The notes below the pieces were generated by a model, which was not told where the DNA came from, ran no database searches, and was given only the letters and a program-made list of their open reading frames with translations. Position numbers and translations under genes: made by a program. A stretch of 62,538 nt of DNA, the filler included, from Nemertoderma westbladi (lineage: Eukaryota > Animalia > Xenacoelomorpha): NCBI GenBank assembly GCA_032718475.1. It is 3 parts of 3 records of this genome, joined end to end, with 100 filler letters (N's around TTAATTAATTAA, not from the genome) between each part and the next. Parts side by side here need not be neighbours in the genome. Positions count along the whole stretch, not along the records: positions 22,062 to 47,681 come from JAUCBJ010002911.1; 2 more parts are not named here. One strand, 5' to 3'. Positions 26,328 to 39,190 of the stretch are shown here, piece by piece. How positions within the stretch are numbered: position 1 is the stretch's first letter; each line of letters starts with the position of its first letter.

Positions 26328-27841
26328 AGATAGGGAGACTTTCGCTACCGGCAACCGGCCACTGCCTACAGACAGACTGACAAACCTAACCTAAGTTTAC
26401 ACATACGTCATACTGACATAAACTAAGCTACATGCAGACATGACCTACTGCCATGACCAACGGTTTCTTGGCTCTATCGCACTACAGACAGACAGGCAGG
26501 CGCCTCTAGTCTGATATCCCCGGTTTTCTCCTGCAGGACAGGCAGACAGGTTTCGTGGTGAGTTAGCTACAACAAAGTACCGGTGTGGATTACAAATTTA
26601 AACTACAAGAAAATAAAAGTGACAAAAAGGAAGGGGACAAAAAATCGACGTTAAACATGTAGGCCCATCGTAACCTAAATATTTGTTATTAAAATCAGAA
26701 AATATCATGAAAAATATAATTCGACAATGTTTCCTTTAAAACTAAATCCTCTATAAATAGAATCTCTGCTTTTCTCCAACCAACGTGTTACCCAAATGAA
26801 ATTAGTTAACAATAATTCAATTCAATTATTTAAAAAAACGAAATTATTATTGAATGAGGAAGACTTGTTTTCCGGATACTCAACATCTCCAAGTTATTGA
26901 TTGGCAGTAGCTGTAATATCAATTCATTTGAACAAAAATTCCTCAATTATAAATTCAAAAAGACAAATCATTACTCATCGACCTGTCAAGAAACCCAAGT
27001 TAAATGGTGTAAACAGGAACAAACGCACCAACACCACCAACTCCTATATTAATAGTGTCCATCTTGGAGGTTCTTACCTTGACAACCAATGGGGAGCACA
27101 GCAACCGTGGGGTGCCCACTGCCAACCTTCTACATGTCTCCTCCCAATCAAACTACTCTACTTTGGTGAATTACAAAGTTTTCGATCCATATTAGCAGCA
27201 ATACAACCCGGAACCATGATGTGGGGGCGTGTTGTGGAGATTTCTCTATCTCGCTAGTGCGATTGAATTTGAATTACATAGAATTCAACAACAAAAATTG
27301 ACAGCGATGATTTTGTGAAAACTAATTGATCGTGACGGCAGGGTTGTTGGCCAATATTCTGTCATAATTTGATGTTAATAAGTGCAGTGCTGAGGCTGAC
27401 ATGTGAAACAGTAACATGGGTGTCATAGTCAAGTGGGGTATGGGGTTGAGTTTATGTAAGTGCGTGTGAGCGTGTCGCCAAACATGTACTCAATCACCCA
27501 CAGGCGCTCAGCGCATAGCAGCCACGGCTGTAACTATACAATACGATTAGCGATCAAATCATCCCAAGACATTTCACCCGCTAGGTAAACTAGTTAAATT
27601 TTTTTTTACATGAAGATACACCCCCAGTCGGGGTAAATATAAATTATAATATTATTGATAATAGGTATGTACGCGCACAGTAAATCATAATTAGACTAAT
27701 AGTTTAAGGTAAAACTAGATAAATGCAGACTGATTAGCTGACTGAAGGGCGTTACTTGAATTAACTGGTATGGGGGGGGGGGGGGGGGGGGGGGTATTCG
27801 AGTCACGGCGTTTATTAGGGTAATTAAAAAGATAAAACTTA

Positions 27842-28687
27842 CGGTGGCTGATTGTGGCCAATTATTTCAATTTTTTTAAATGGTCATCTGGGTGAAAAAC
27901 ATTTATCACCCGGGTTAAAAACCTTTTTCACCCAGGTGAAAACTATCTGGAAATCAGATCTCTCCAGGCACCTGAAGACTAAGTTCTTTCGAGCCACAGT
28001 GGAAAGTGTATTTTATACGGGGGTGAGACCTGGACACTGACTATAAATCACTTGAACAACGAATTGATGGTTGCTACGCAAGACTACTAAGGGCAGCCCT
28101 AAACATCAGCTGGAGACAACACATGACAAACGCCGAGCTTTATGGTACAATACCACCCGTATCAACCACCCTCCGTGAACGCAGATTACGATTCAGTGGG
28201 CACTGCTGGCGAAGTAAAGACGAGGTCATACCAGATCTACTTTTCTGGCAACCAACTCATGGAAAGCGTAGACGTGGACGATATATAGATCAACTTGAAA
28301 GGGATACTGAACTTGGGAGAAACGAAATTGCGACAACTATGGAGAATCGGGAAGCCTGGAAGGATCTCATTTCCACTGTCCGAGTCCGCTCGACCTAGTA
28401 GTCACCCAGGTGAAAAACATTTATCGCCCGGGTGAAAAACATGTACCACATCAGAACTCTGAATACATGTGGTCAGAAATAGGCCTAATATAGAAAGCTA
28501 ATTTTGATACATATTCACTCTTGGCGAATTAATATCTCGACCGCTGTTAATAATCAATTAAGGGAAAGGATCAGGTTACAGTGGCATGTAATTCTAACCA
28601 AAACAATAAACGAAAGACAATAGTTAAACATTTAAATATTTTTCACCATGGTGAAAAATGGAAATAATTGGCCGCAATCAGCCACCG
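27842..28687. mobile_element. TA-flanked non-autonomous DNA transposon (MITE) interrupted by an RTE LINE
   Basis: TIR CGGTGGCTGATTG(T/C)GGCCAATTATTTC at both ends, flanked by TA. Internal caccc(a/g)ggtgaaaa repeats. Confidence 0.8.
27943..28401 (+). mobile_element. 5'-truncated RTE-clade LINE
   Basis: IWKSDLSRHLKTKFFRATVESV..RLRFSGHCWR..LFWQPTHGKRRRGR, a TAGTAG tail and a 15-bp TSD tcacccaggtgaaaa (27928-27942 / 28402-28416). Confidence 0.88.
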
Positions 28688-29320
28688 TAGAAAACTAAAA
28701 TTTAATTTTCACACGTTTCTCTTAACCTAGCCTATAAGATAGAACCCGCGTTGAAAGAAAGATCATGAAAACAAGGAAAATAAGTATCGTTGTCGCTTAC
28801 TAAATAATAGCTAACTAGCTACTCGGGAGTCGGGAATAAAGAAAACATTTCAGAATCGATAAAACCACTTAACCAAACTCAAATATGTAGGGCGGGCGTG
28901 GGCGTGGGCGTGGGTGCAATAAAATCCCCTATTAAACTTATATTTTCGCTAATAAAACACGATAATCTAACTAGGAACGGGCTATAAAACCATTCAGCAG
29001 AACTCCAGAAATAATTAGTATTCGCTGGAGCCGGGATTGTAAGCAGGTTTACAGTTTCCGAGGGAAAACTCGCGCATTGTAATCAACTATTTAAATTCGA
29101 TTTCAAGAGAGGCCGGACTTGGAGTGGAATTCCCACACTTGGGGGGTACCTTCTATACGGTGGAGATAGCGCATACAATTGATCGCTGTTGAGCTGTCGC
29201 ACGGTTGTATAAGTAGTAAGAGAACCGCCCCTGTTGCCTATTTATTAAACGCCATCGCTATATGCCGCCATTATGAACAATCTTTATAGTTTCCAACACA
29301 AAAATATAACGCAAACTCAC

Positions 29321-29598
29321 CTAGGCCCGAAACGACAGCAACCAGTTCGCATGTAGAACATGCATTGTTGGATTCCCCGAGGCGGTTCCTTTGAGTTAAA
29401 TCCATCGCTTTTTATTGTCTGTTGTTCCTTCTGTGCCACCGCATCGCTATTTATTGACAGTGGGACTGCGGCATGCCGTGTGGTATAGGGTGGTTCGTCT
29501 TTCCACCCGGTGGTGGAACTGTCACCATCAGTGGGGTGGATCGATGGGGTAGGGGGTGTTCGTGTTGTGGGGGGTGACTGAGGTTGTTGGGTGGCAAC
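29321..29598 (-). CDS. ZRSR2: ZRSR2-like splicing factor, exon D (start of CCCH zinc finger 1)
   Basis: cttctctag|GTT..CCT AG|gtgagt, 278 bp. VATQQPQSPP...GIQQCMFYMRTGCCRFGP(R) resembles CPFYSKTGACRFGDR of ZRSR2. In frame with the upstream exons. Confidence 0.88.
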
Positions 29599-29809
29599 CT
29601 AGAGAAGGGTGCAGTCGCCGTGACTAAGTAATACAAACCTAGGAGTGTTAATAACTGAAGTTGGATAATTACTGTTAAGGACTATTATACAATTATAGAT
29701 TTTATCAAAATAAGCAAGCTGATGAATTAATTTCACAAACATGACTAAAATCCACTGATAGGTACAGTATAAGCATATAAACCTTAAGTAATAAGTTAAT
29801 TAAGTATAA

Positions 29810-30051
29810 GGAGGCGGGGTAGCTCAGTTGGTTGAGCGCCGGGCCTGCAATCTATTGGTTGTAGGTTCAGCCCCGCCAGGGTCCACTCAGCCTTTCATCC
29901 ACTGGGCGGGGTCGATGAAATGAGTACCAGTTATATAACTGGGAGCAAATCTTGGGATAGGAGTAGCGCCCACCCCTACCCTCGGGTAGCAGCTATCGAA
30001 CGAGGAGCCTTCGGGTCGCCTCCGGCTTCGGCCGACTGTTTGCTTTTTTTA
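29810..30051 (+). mobile_element. tRNA-derived SINE
   Basis: A box TAGCTCAGTTGG, degenerate B box GGTTCAGCCCC, central ACTCAGCCTTTCATCC..GGTCGATGAAATGAGTACCAG, 3' hairpins and a T tail. Approximate TSD aagttaattaag (29793-29804 / 30052-30063). Confidence 0.85.
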
Positions 30052-31045
30052 AAGTTAATTAAGATATGTAGTAGTTCATTATTATTCAAACAATGGTGTT
30101 AATAAAAGTTTGGTACATTGAACGCCGTTTTCGGGGTGTATACGACATTTTAATTCAGTTAAGGGGTTATTCACCACCGCGACTGATAGCCGGTATTGTA
30201 GACCCTAACTGAATTAATATGATAATAAAAGTAATTTAAAGCCGTGAAAAATAAAATATTATTTTATTTATTTGTATAGAATTAATTTCGCACTACCAAA
30301 TCGCCAGGGCGACATATTTTCCAACTTTACATCGCAGTGCGACATTTATTTCTCAGTATGTCCCTACGCCATACAATTACTATCTATATCCAGTATGTCA
30401 CCGTGTTATTCTGAATTAAATCACATAATAAGTATTAATTCACAATTATACAACTTATTACAAAAATTAAATAAGTCAGAATCGAACCAGCGACCTTTAC
30501 ATTCATAACTCGCCGCGTTATCCACTACGCTTATTTAGTACAAAATGAATGTTTAAATAATTAACATGTCATGCTTTCCTTTTACAAGGTTATTCTAGAA
30601 ATGTTAAGTGCATAATTACAAATAATTCCCCAAAAAAAAAATAAAAATAGATTCGGCAATTTTCAAAATTAGCGCTTTAAAGCCTTTACACTGCACGGCC
30701 CTCGTTTTGTTATTTCCCTCGTACCGTAACGCTATAAACTGCTATTTTATGAACCCTGACGTATATAGTTAAATTACTTAATGTTGAGCACAGCTTAGCA
30801 ATATCGGCTTTGAGCCAAGTTGCAAGTCTATCGATTCCGAAACCCCCCCACCTGGTGCGAGTTTAGCGGGTCTACTACTAACCTTCCCCCTATGGCCCCA
30901 ATAGCGCAAACACAATGCTCGCCCAACCTTTTGGTTGTTAGATCCCAGTAAGGTCTATTATACAGCAGCAAAGGCCCCATTAATGTACGTAAAAGCCCAA
31001 CCTTTTAGGGGGATGTATTTAACTGATCTTATTGCACCAATATCT

Positions 31046-32175
31046 ACACCAGGTGTCTGCACCAGGTTGCTGTGGCACCAATGTTTGCACCAGTGTCTGC
31101 ACCAGGTGTCTGCACAAGTGTCTGCACCAGTGTCTGAACCAGGTGTCTGCACCAGTGTCTGAACCAGGTGTCTGCACCAGTGTCTGTACGAGTGTCTGGA
31201 CCAGGTGTCTGCACCAGGTGTCTGCACCAGGTGTCTGCACCAGGTGTCAGCACCAGGTGTCTGCACAAGTGTCTGCACCAGTGTCTGAACCAGGTGTCTG
31301 CACCAGTGTCTGTACGAGTGTCTGGACCAGGTGTCTGCACCAGGTGTCTGCACCAGGTGTCTGCACCAGGTGTCTGCACCAGTGTCTGAACCAGGTGTCT
31401 GCACCAGTGTCTGAACCAGGTGTCTGCACCAGTGTCTGTGCGAGTGTCTGGACCAGTTGTCTGCAGCAGGTGTCTGCACCAGTGTCTGAACCAGGTGTCT
31501 GCAGCAGGTGTCTGTACCAGTGTCTGAACCAGGTGTCTGCACCAGTGTCTGAACCAGGTGTCTGCACCAGTGTCTGTACGAGTGTATGTACCAGGTATCG
31601 CACCAATGTCTGCACCAGGTGTCTGAACTAGGGGTCTGCACCAGTGTCTGTACCAGGTGTCTGCACCAGGTGTCAGCACCAGTGTCTGCACCAGTGTCTG
31701 CACCAAGTGTCTGCACCAGCGTCTGCACCAGGTTTCTGTACCAGTTTCTGCACCAGGTGTCTGCATCAGTGTCTGCACTAGGTCTTTGCACCAAGTGTCT
31801 GCACCAGGTGTCTGCACCAGGTGTCAGCACCAGTATCTGCACCAGTGTCTGACCAGTGTCTGCACCAGGTGTCTGGACCAGGTGTCTGCAAAGTGTCTGC
31901 ACCAGTGTCTGCACTAGGTGTCAGCACTAGTGTCTGGCCAGGTGTCTGCACAAGTATGCACAAGGTGTCTGCACCAGTGTCTGCAAAAGTGCTTGCAACA
32001 GGTTTCAGCACCAGTGTCTGCATCAGGTGTCTCAGTGTCTGCACCATTGTCTGCACAGGTGTCTGCATCAGTGTCTGCACTAGGTGTTTGCATCAGTAAC
32101 TGCACCAGAGTGTGCACCAGAGTGTTCACCAGTGTCTGCATCAGTTTCTGCACCAGGTGTCCGCACCAGGTGTTT
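31046..32175. repeat. 12/13-bp minisatellite (TGTCTGCACCAG[G])
   Basis: Degenerate tandem array. It produces the many overlapping spurious ORFs in this interval. Confidence 0.92.
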
Positions 32176-32525
32176 ACTTAACTTTTAGGCACTTTCACAC
32201 ACTTTGTTTAATTGCCGCGACTTTTATCTAGCCTTGAATTTTAGTTTGTTTGATCAGACTGCCTGTCTGCTGGTATCTGGTCTGTGCTGTTGTGGTGCGC
32301 TGTTCTGTTCTGTACTGATATAGTTAATACGGAACTAGACTTGAATGTGACTTGATGACAGGATTATATAGGCCCAGTGGATAGTCCGAATCTGCAAACG
32401 AGAAAACAAGGAATCTTTATTTAGCTTGGTTGGTACCGGTACTGGTACAGCAGTAGTACCGCCACTGAAGTTGAAATCACCTGTTCGACTGGATTTGTTA
32501 ACAACAACTGATCAATAATCAGATA

Positions 32526-33032
32526 ATGGCGAGTTACTTGAGAAATATTTCGTTTCTCATTCACAGACTGAATCTATCTCAACCTTTATACCAGCCCACG
32601 TATACACAAACCCGGAGCCTTGCCGGTCGTAAAACTCCCTCGAAACGCCGCATAAGACTCGCCCGAGAACGCCAAGAGGAGGACCGTAAACTAGCGGCGA
32701 CAGCGGCATCGAACCCGTACGCTAAACCTCCGGTAAGGTGCTACCTCTGCGACAACCCACACCTCGAGGTGAACTACAAGAACACCCAACTGTTGAGCCA
32801 GTTCATAGCCCCCCAGACAGGCCGCATAATGGCGGGCCGTGTGACGGGACTGTGTCGGGAGCAACAGGCCCGTGTTCGAACTCATATAATGTGGGCCCGA
32901 CTGTGCGGATACCTCCCTTATATGCACAAGGAAACGGAGTACATGGAGGACAAAGTCTATCACAGCGGCAGTGGTAGATGGACAACATTTACCCGTAAAG
33001 CGCACCCACATAAATTCATTAATAAATCCTAG
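32526..33032 (+). CDS. MRPS18C: Mitochondrial ribosomal protein S18c (bS18m), intronless CDS
   Basis: 168 aa. Arg-rich targeting-like N-terminus, then NPYAKPPVRCYLC..VNYKNTQLLSQFIAPQTGRI..VTGLC..GYLPYMHK, matching the S18c pattern NPY..C.LC..DYKNVQLLSQF..ITGLC. Confidence 0.9.
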   Translation: MASYLRNISFLIHRLNLSQPLYQPTYTQTRSLAGRKTPSKRRIRLARERQEEDRKLAATAASNPYAKPPVRCYLCDNPHLEVNYKNTQLLSQFIAPQTGRIMAGRVTGLCREQQARVRTHIMWARLCGYLPYMHKETEYMEDKVYHSGSGRWTTFTRKAHPHKFINKS

Positions 33033-33143
33033 ATGATTTTTTGACATGCAATAATTTATACCTCACAAGGCAAATTATAAAGGTAACGTAGTTTTCTGTA
33101 TTAACGTAAAAAAAAGCTGTGTCCCTATCACCTAAACTGTAAA

Positions 33144-33342
33144 GGGCCCCATGACAAATAGAGGCAGACTTTCTGCTGTTGTATTTCACTTGGCTGTTTA
33201 CCCCCCATGTGAAGAATACAGGTAATAAGATAGAAATAAGAAATATAGTATATATATACCCTATAAAACATTTAATAAGGAGAATTTCAAAGAATACAGA
33301 TGCTTCAAATTTTATGAAAACCTGCTATTCTTCACAAGGGCG
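33144..33342. mobile_element. MITE of the same family as 25737-26327
   Basis: cccccatgtgaagaatacagg...aagatagaaataag...tattcttcacaagggcg. A further terminal fragment lies at 42906-42947. Confidence 0.7.
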
Positions 33343-34205
33343 TGTTCTAGAATGTACCGGTACACATTTTTACAATTTGGGTATCATGATGAGGAGATAT
33401 TGCTGAATTTTAGTCAATCACTCCTAGAATGTAGAATTCTAAAATAGTAAGTTACTTGTTTTATTTTACAGTGCGTTCTGGCTTTCATGACCAGGGTTGA
33501 CAAAAAAAAAATATAAAAACAGGTTTTATTATTAAATTGTTACTTTTCCGCTCGAATATACCCCAAAATCGCGAGAAAAGGTTTTACTTTTTCCCCAGAG
33601 AAAAAACGTAACCCATATATGATTGATTTGTATTGACTGATTGGATTGTATTGATTTTACTTTTTCTCCCCATAAAAGTAAAATAAAATATTTTTGGTGT
33701 AATTTCTTAAATTTTATTACATGTGTTGAAAGAGCATCGAAGTAGAAAAGGTTTATGTACGTAATTTTAATGTGTACGTAAATAATAATATTTTTCAATA
33801 ATAGTGAAAAAAGTTATACCTTTTTCCCATGTAATAAATAATTATTATAACATTGCTGAGACCATGCAAAACCAATGCGCCTTCATATTCGCATAAAAAC
33901 AAAGAATAGGCGGCTACAATGGAATTAATAGTAATATAGTACAGTACAATGTATTCTAACTATTGTAAAAATTATTTACAATTACTGCATTGTAAAACTT
34001 TTATATTGAAGTGATACGAACAAAAAATGTTATGTTTATTTGCATTACCATAGGCATTACAAATTTTGGTACTGATAGTCGATATCATAAACTTCACTAT
34101 TAATTAATTAATCTATATTATAAAATAATTTCAATGATAGATTAATATAAGGATACTAGAATGAAAAAGGATATCAATCTCCAGGTAACAATGTAACTGT
34201 GGCAC

Positions 34206-34328
34206 CTCGGATCCTGGTTTAAGGGTTATCCGTGGTGGTTTTGCCTCGCCATTTTCCGTATCATCCGCCCTTCCTCTCGTCGTAGGTTCTGCCGCCTTAG
34301 TTGCTTCCCATTCTTCTATGATTTTTAT
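34206..34328 (-). CDS. ZRSR2: ZRSR2-like, exon C
   Basis: ttgtctttag|ATA..GAG|gtgcca, 123 bp. IKIIEEWEATKAAEP... (cf. RKLKEQWEE). Phase 0/0 fits its neighbours, but the donor is weak. Confidence 0.72.
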
Positions 34329-35228
34329 CTAAAGACAAATAAATAGCTAGAAAATAGCTAAGATAAAACCAGAACCGAGAAATGATCTTATTTTTAGGCC
34401 CGGTTTACACGTGACGTGAGCTAAACCCTATCTGGCCCGGGCTATTTTACAACGTAATTGGCGGGGGGGGGGGGGGGGTTTTAGAAATCTTTCTCTCTTT
34501 GAAGTCTTGGCTCAAAAATTACAATGTTGATACAAATGTTTTGTGGCAGTTCCATAATTTTTGGAGCTATTTTGGTCCCCCAGGATGTAAAGTACAAGTA
34601 ATAAAGAAAGTCAAACTAAAACATTATGTGGTTGGTTTGAGAATTCTGAAAGTGTACGTGTTTTCGAGGTCGCTGTTCACGATCAAACTAGTTATAAATA
34701 TTTATGGTAATGCAAATCCAATTTTTGTGCCCTTCTGGTGCCCCAGAACGAAAAGTACAAGTAGCAAAAAATTACAAACTGTTAAATTTTGCCTCTGGTT
34801 TTGTAATTCTGAAGCTGTACTGGTTTTCACCAGTAAATACAAGTAGCATACAATTTCAAACAGCAAAAATTGAATTTGGTTGGATAATACAGGTGGATTT
34901 GTTAATAATTTTTGATTATCAAATTTGTGCTATTTGTAGTTTGCGTGCCGCGCATTGACACATATCTAGAAAGGCCTAATCAACAAGGTACGCTATATTT
35001 CAGTGACATATTCGTGATCAGCATCTCAAAAAACCTATATATGGTCATAAAATGGTACCGGGTTCGAGCCCCAATTGGGTCTGTTGATATTTTTCGCTAT
35101 GGAGAGCATTTTAGGGCTATCATATAGTCCTACTAGCAACATTGCTATAATCGTGATCAGCATCCAAAAAAACCGCTATATATACATACACCATGTCCTG
35201 GAATATAGGAACAATAAATAATATGTAA

Positions 35229-35831
35229 CAAATATGTAACATAATATAAATTTCGTCTTAAAATAGCTGAGATATCAGCGTTTAAAACTTGTATGGTTTT
35301 ACATATGAGCGAGGCTATTTTATTCTATTAAAAAACTACAACATATTCTGGAATATTTTGTTTATCCCATAAGTTGCTTGGGAACAATGCAATACCTCTT
35401 TAATCATACTATTACATAGCTACGTATTAGACGGCCTAATATAGACGGCCAAGTACTGTAGGGTTGAGCACAGTGGCAGCAGATGATGGTATGACAGATG
35501 GGAGGCCATGAGGAGGTAAATTGCGGGCATACAAGGTATCATATAGTATTTCCAGGTCTATCTTTTACCTGAGCCGCTAGCTGAATGGTTAGAGCGTCAG
35601 GCTTCCAACCCGGAGGTCACCAGTTCGATCCCACCTGGACGTCATTGCCGTCTTTGCAAAAGCTGTGCCCAACATAAAGTTATAATAGCTACTCATGCAT
35701 TAACAAAATGTTCCAGAATGTTGTATTTTTTTAATAGAATAAAATAGCCTCGCTCATATGCAAAACCATACAAGTTTTAAACGCTGATTTCTCAGCTATT
35801 TTAAGACGAAATTTAGATTATGTTACATATT
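35229..35831. repeat. ~130-bp inverted repeat pair enclosing a tRNA-like SINE head
   Basis: 35229-35361 is the reverse complement of 35702-35831. Interior 35572-35645 has TAGCTGAATGG and GTTCGATCCC (A/B boxes) but no complete acceptor stem. Confidence 0.75.
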
Positions 35832-38159
35832 TGGAATCCTTGCACAACCAGCTTTCCACAAGTACCTACAAATCACTATAAGGTTGAAGAATAACTGCGG
35901 TGTAACTGGTGCAATTTTGCCGGAGACGCTTTTTTCAAACGCTTGTAGCTAAATAATTAAAGCGAAAATAAAAATTCTGGCTCACCCAGCAAGGAGGAGG
36001 GAGGTGAAACTATCTCTGTTTCAAATTTCATGCAATCTCATTACGATTTGTAGAAAAATTTGGGGTGGGGGGGGGGGGGGGGTGGGGGCAGGTACCGGTA
36101 CCTGAATAAAGACACTATATTCCAGGACACGGTGTATATATACCGCAAATAAATTATTTTAGTGAGCCATAAAAACGTTTTGACAATTTTAGACGAAAAA
36201 TACTGGAGATGGGAAGAAAGAGAGCAGAAAGGGACCAAAGTACGAATACTAACAGCCATGTAAATGGCGTTTGCTCTGTTGGATAGTCCATTACATTTTA
36301 GGAAAAGCCAATAAATCTCAGTTTTCCCAACAAACCTGACTCAAAGATACAGATGAATTACAAAAAATTTCGAAAATGACCCCCCCCCCCTGGCCCAATA
36401 GGATTAAACTATCAATTATGGTGAATTATCAGGGTTAAAAATTGCAATTCTGCCGTGCTATATGAAAAGACCATAGGTAAAAAAAGGTCATTTCGAGTAA
36501 AACGTAAAATACTGTTGCCTTCAGATTGTTGGTTTAAAATGTCCGTAAATTAGTATTTTTTTAAACAACCCTTCTATTTTTCTACGTGATTATTTTTCAA
36601 ATTCCATTAATATTTTGACTTCAGGGCTATTTTTTGTACTTCGGTGTTTTTGAATTTTTCAACCTGTATGTAAATACATTCAATGCAATGCAAAAAATTG
36701 TCACAATGATAAAACACCGCAAGTTTGTCAGTTGCGGTGTTTTTAAATTGTGTAAATTTATTGTAATAATTATGTAAGTAAGTAATTCCCCCCCCCCCCC
36801 CGCCGTTTTTAATTTGTAAACAACACGAAAGTGGTTGCATAAACGAAAAACTGCCCGAAATTAATAGAAGCTTATTAAATTACAGTATCATTATGAAGCG
36901 AAAATTACAAAAATTTAAGAAATGGCAGAGGAGTAGTATTTTTTTGCGTGAAAATATTTAATTTCGAGAAAAGTGCTTTCAACGTTTATACCTTTACGCC
37001 CAAAACTATCTGTCTTGGGTCTGGTTGGTTATTCCATTCAATCACCTATGTTGGCCGCCTTAACTACTATACCTCGGGGTCATAATGGTGCAACGGGGCA
37101 CAACACAGACCTTTTTAACCGAGAGATAGCCTCCTGTATACACAGGCCCGTATGGTGACCATTATATCTGGGGGGGGGGGGGGGGGGGGCAGAGGCCAAA
37201 TCTGGGGGGGCAAACCCATAACTGGGTTTGGGGGGCATACAGCAAAGTGAGAGTTAATTTCGTACATAAAGAAAAATCAATATTGTTGAAGAGTGTGTGG
37301 GGCGAGCCACGAAGTTGGAGGACCCTTGTTGAACTGGCACTGTTAAGGGAGTGGGCCAATAATAGCAAATAGTATATACAATTCCCGACTAGGGTCAGCA
37401 ATGTAGGCGCTTTTTCCGTGGTACTCCGTGCACGCACCTACTGGTGCGGCATTGGACCCGTCTGATGCTGATATCACTCACTACTGCCTCACATCACTAA
37501 GGTGCGGATGGAGTAAGTTCGCTATAGACAGTCCGCAACACCTGTTGGGTCGCCGCAGACGGGTGGGTGCCCTGATGGACTGCCCAGTTCGTGCACCCCT
37601 CGCGCAGCGCAAGCTCGCGTCCTTCCCCGACAGTCGAACAGTTGTGACAAATAACCCAAATCGTCTTCAGCTCTCACCCTTTATTTTCATTATTCTTATT
37701 ATTTATAATATTTCAATTATTTTAATATATTAATAAATTTACATTGTAATGATTAATTACTTTTTAATTTACCCTTTTAACCAGCTCTCACCCTGGCAAT
37801 TCATCTTAAATTTTAAGAATAGTGCCCTTTTACTCTCTTTTTATCTTTTCTTAATTTAGAGTTTATATAGGTGGGTTTAAATTTTTTGAGCTTATTTTTA
37901 CTTATCGATTACTAAGTAGTCCTTGTTTTGTTTGTTAAATCAGTCGTCAGTGTAGGACTGTAACACTACTTGCCCGTTGGGCGAATTAAAAACTAATTAT
38001 CATTATTATTAATATCTGAATTTCATTGAGAAAGACCTGAAATATATGCGTTCAAAGATTGCAAGAATTATCGTTCAATGGAGACCAATTATTATATTTA
38101 ATAAGTACACAACATTCTAGAATGCATTTATAATGTTGTCCTACTTATTTCATGAGCGC

Positions 38160-39190
38160 TTATGGTCAAATGTTCCACAGGGTCAAAGCTTCCACAATCC
38201 ACAACTGGGTCAAAGGTTCCACACATTTGTCAAACGCTTAAATCACTCCTGGGTCAAAGCTTACATAAAATGTGTCAAAGGATTCACACATTGGTCAAAG
38301 GTTTCACAGATGGGTTAAAGGTTCTACAAAATGTGTCAAAGGTTCCACACAGTGGTCAAAGGTTCCACAGCTGGGTCAAAGGTTCTACAAAATATGTCAA
38401 AGGTTACACACAGTGGTGAAAGGTTCCACAGCTGGGTCAAAGTTTCCACAAAATGTGTCAAAGGTTCCAGAGCTGGGTCAAAGTTTCTACAAAATATGTC
38501 AAAGGTTCCACAAAATGTGTGAAAGGTTCCCCAGCTGGGTCAAAGGTTCAACACTGGATCAAAGGTTCTAGAAAATGTGTCAAAGGTTCTACAAAATGTG
38601 TCAAAGTTTCCACAGAGTGGTCAAAGGTTCCACAGTTGGGTCAAACAGCTGGGTCAAAGGTTCCACAAAATATGTCAAAGGTTCTACAAAATGTGTCAAA
38701 GTTTCACACAGTGGTCAAAGGTTCCACAGGTGCGTCACAGGTTCTACAAAATATGTCAAAGGTTCCACACAGTGGTCAAAGGTTCCACAGTTGGGTCAAA
38801 GGTTCAACAGCTGGGTCAAAGGTTCTACAAAATGTGTCAAAGGTTCCACACAGAAGTCAAAGGTTCCCCAGCTGGGTCAAAGATTCAACACTGGATCAAA
38901 GGTTCTAGAAAATGTGTCAAAGGTTCTACAAAATGTGTCAAAGTTTCCACACAGTGGTCAAAGGTTCCACAGCTGGGTCAAAGGTTCCACAGCTGGGTCA
39001 AAGGTTCCACAAAATGTGTCGAAGGTTCCACACAGTGGTCAAAGGTTCCACAGGTGGGTCAAAGGTTCCACAGATGGGTCAAAGGTTCCACAAAATGTGT
39101 CGAAGGTTCCACACAGTGGTCAAAGGTTCCACAGCTGCGTCAAAGGTTCCACAAAATGTGTCAAAGTTTCCACACAGTAGTCAAAGGTTC
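38160..39190. repeat. ~20-21-bp minisatellite (GTCAAAGGTTCCACA core)
   Basis: Alternating variants ending gctgg / aaatgt / cagtg. Source of the repetitive ORFs here. Confidence 0.92.

Noticed and set aside
26880-27260. Next ZRSR2 exon (donor-like cttacc near 27073)
   Set aside because: No frame encodes the expected CSR..H continuation of the zinc finger.
29810-29885. tRNA gene (also 35572-35645)
   Set aside because: A/B boxes are present but the cloverleaf stems are broken and the first continues into a SINE body, so these are SINE heads.
30935-32181. Long repetitive ORFs (up to 318 aa)
   Set aside because: Open in many frames on both strands because the 12/13-bp unit lacks stops.
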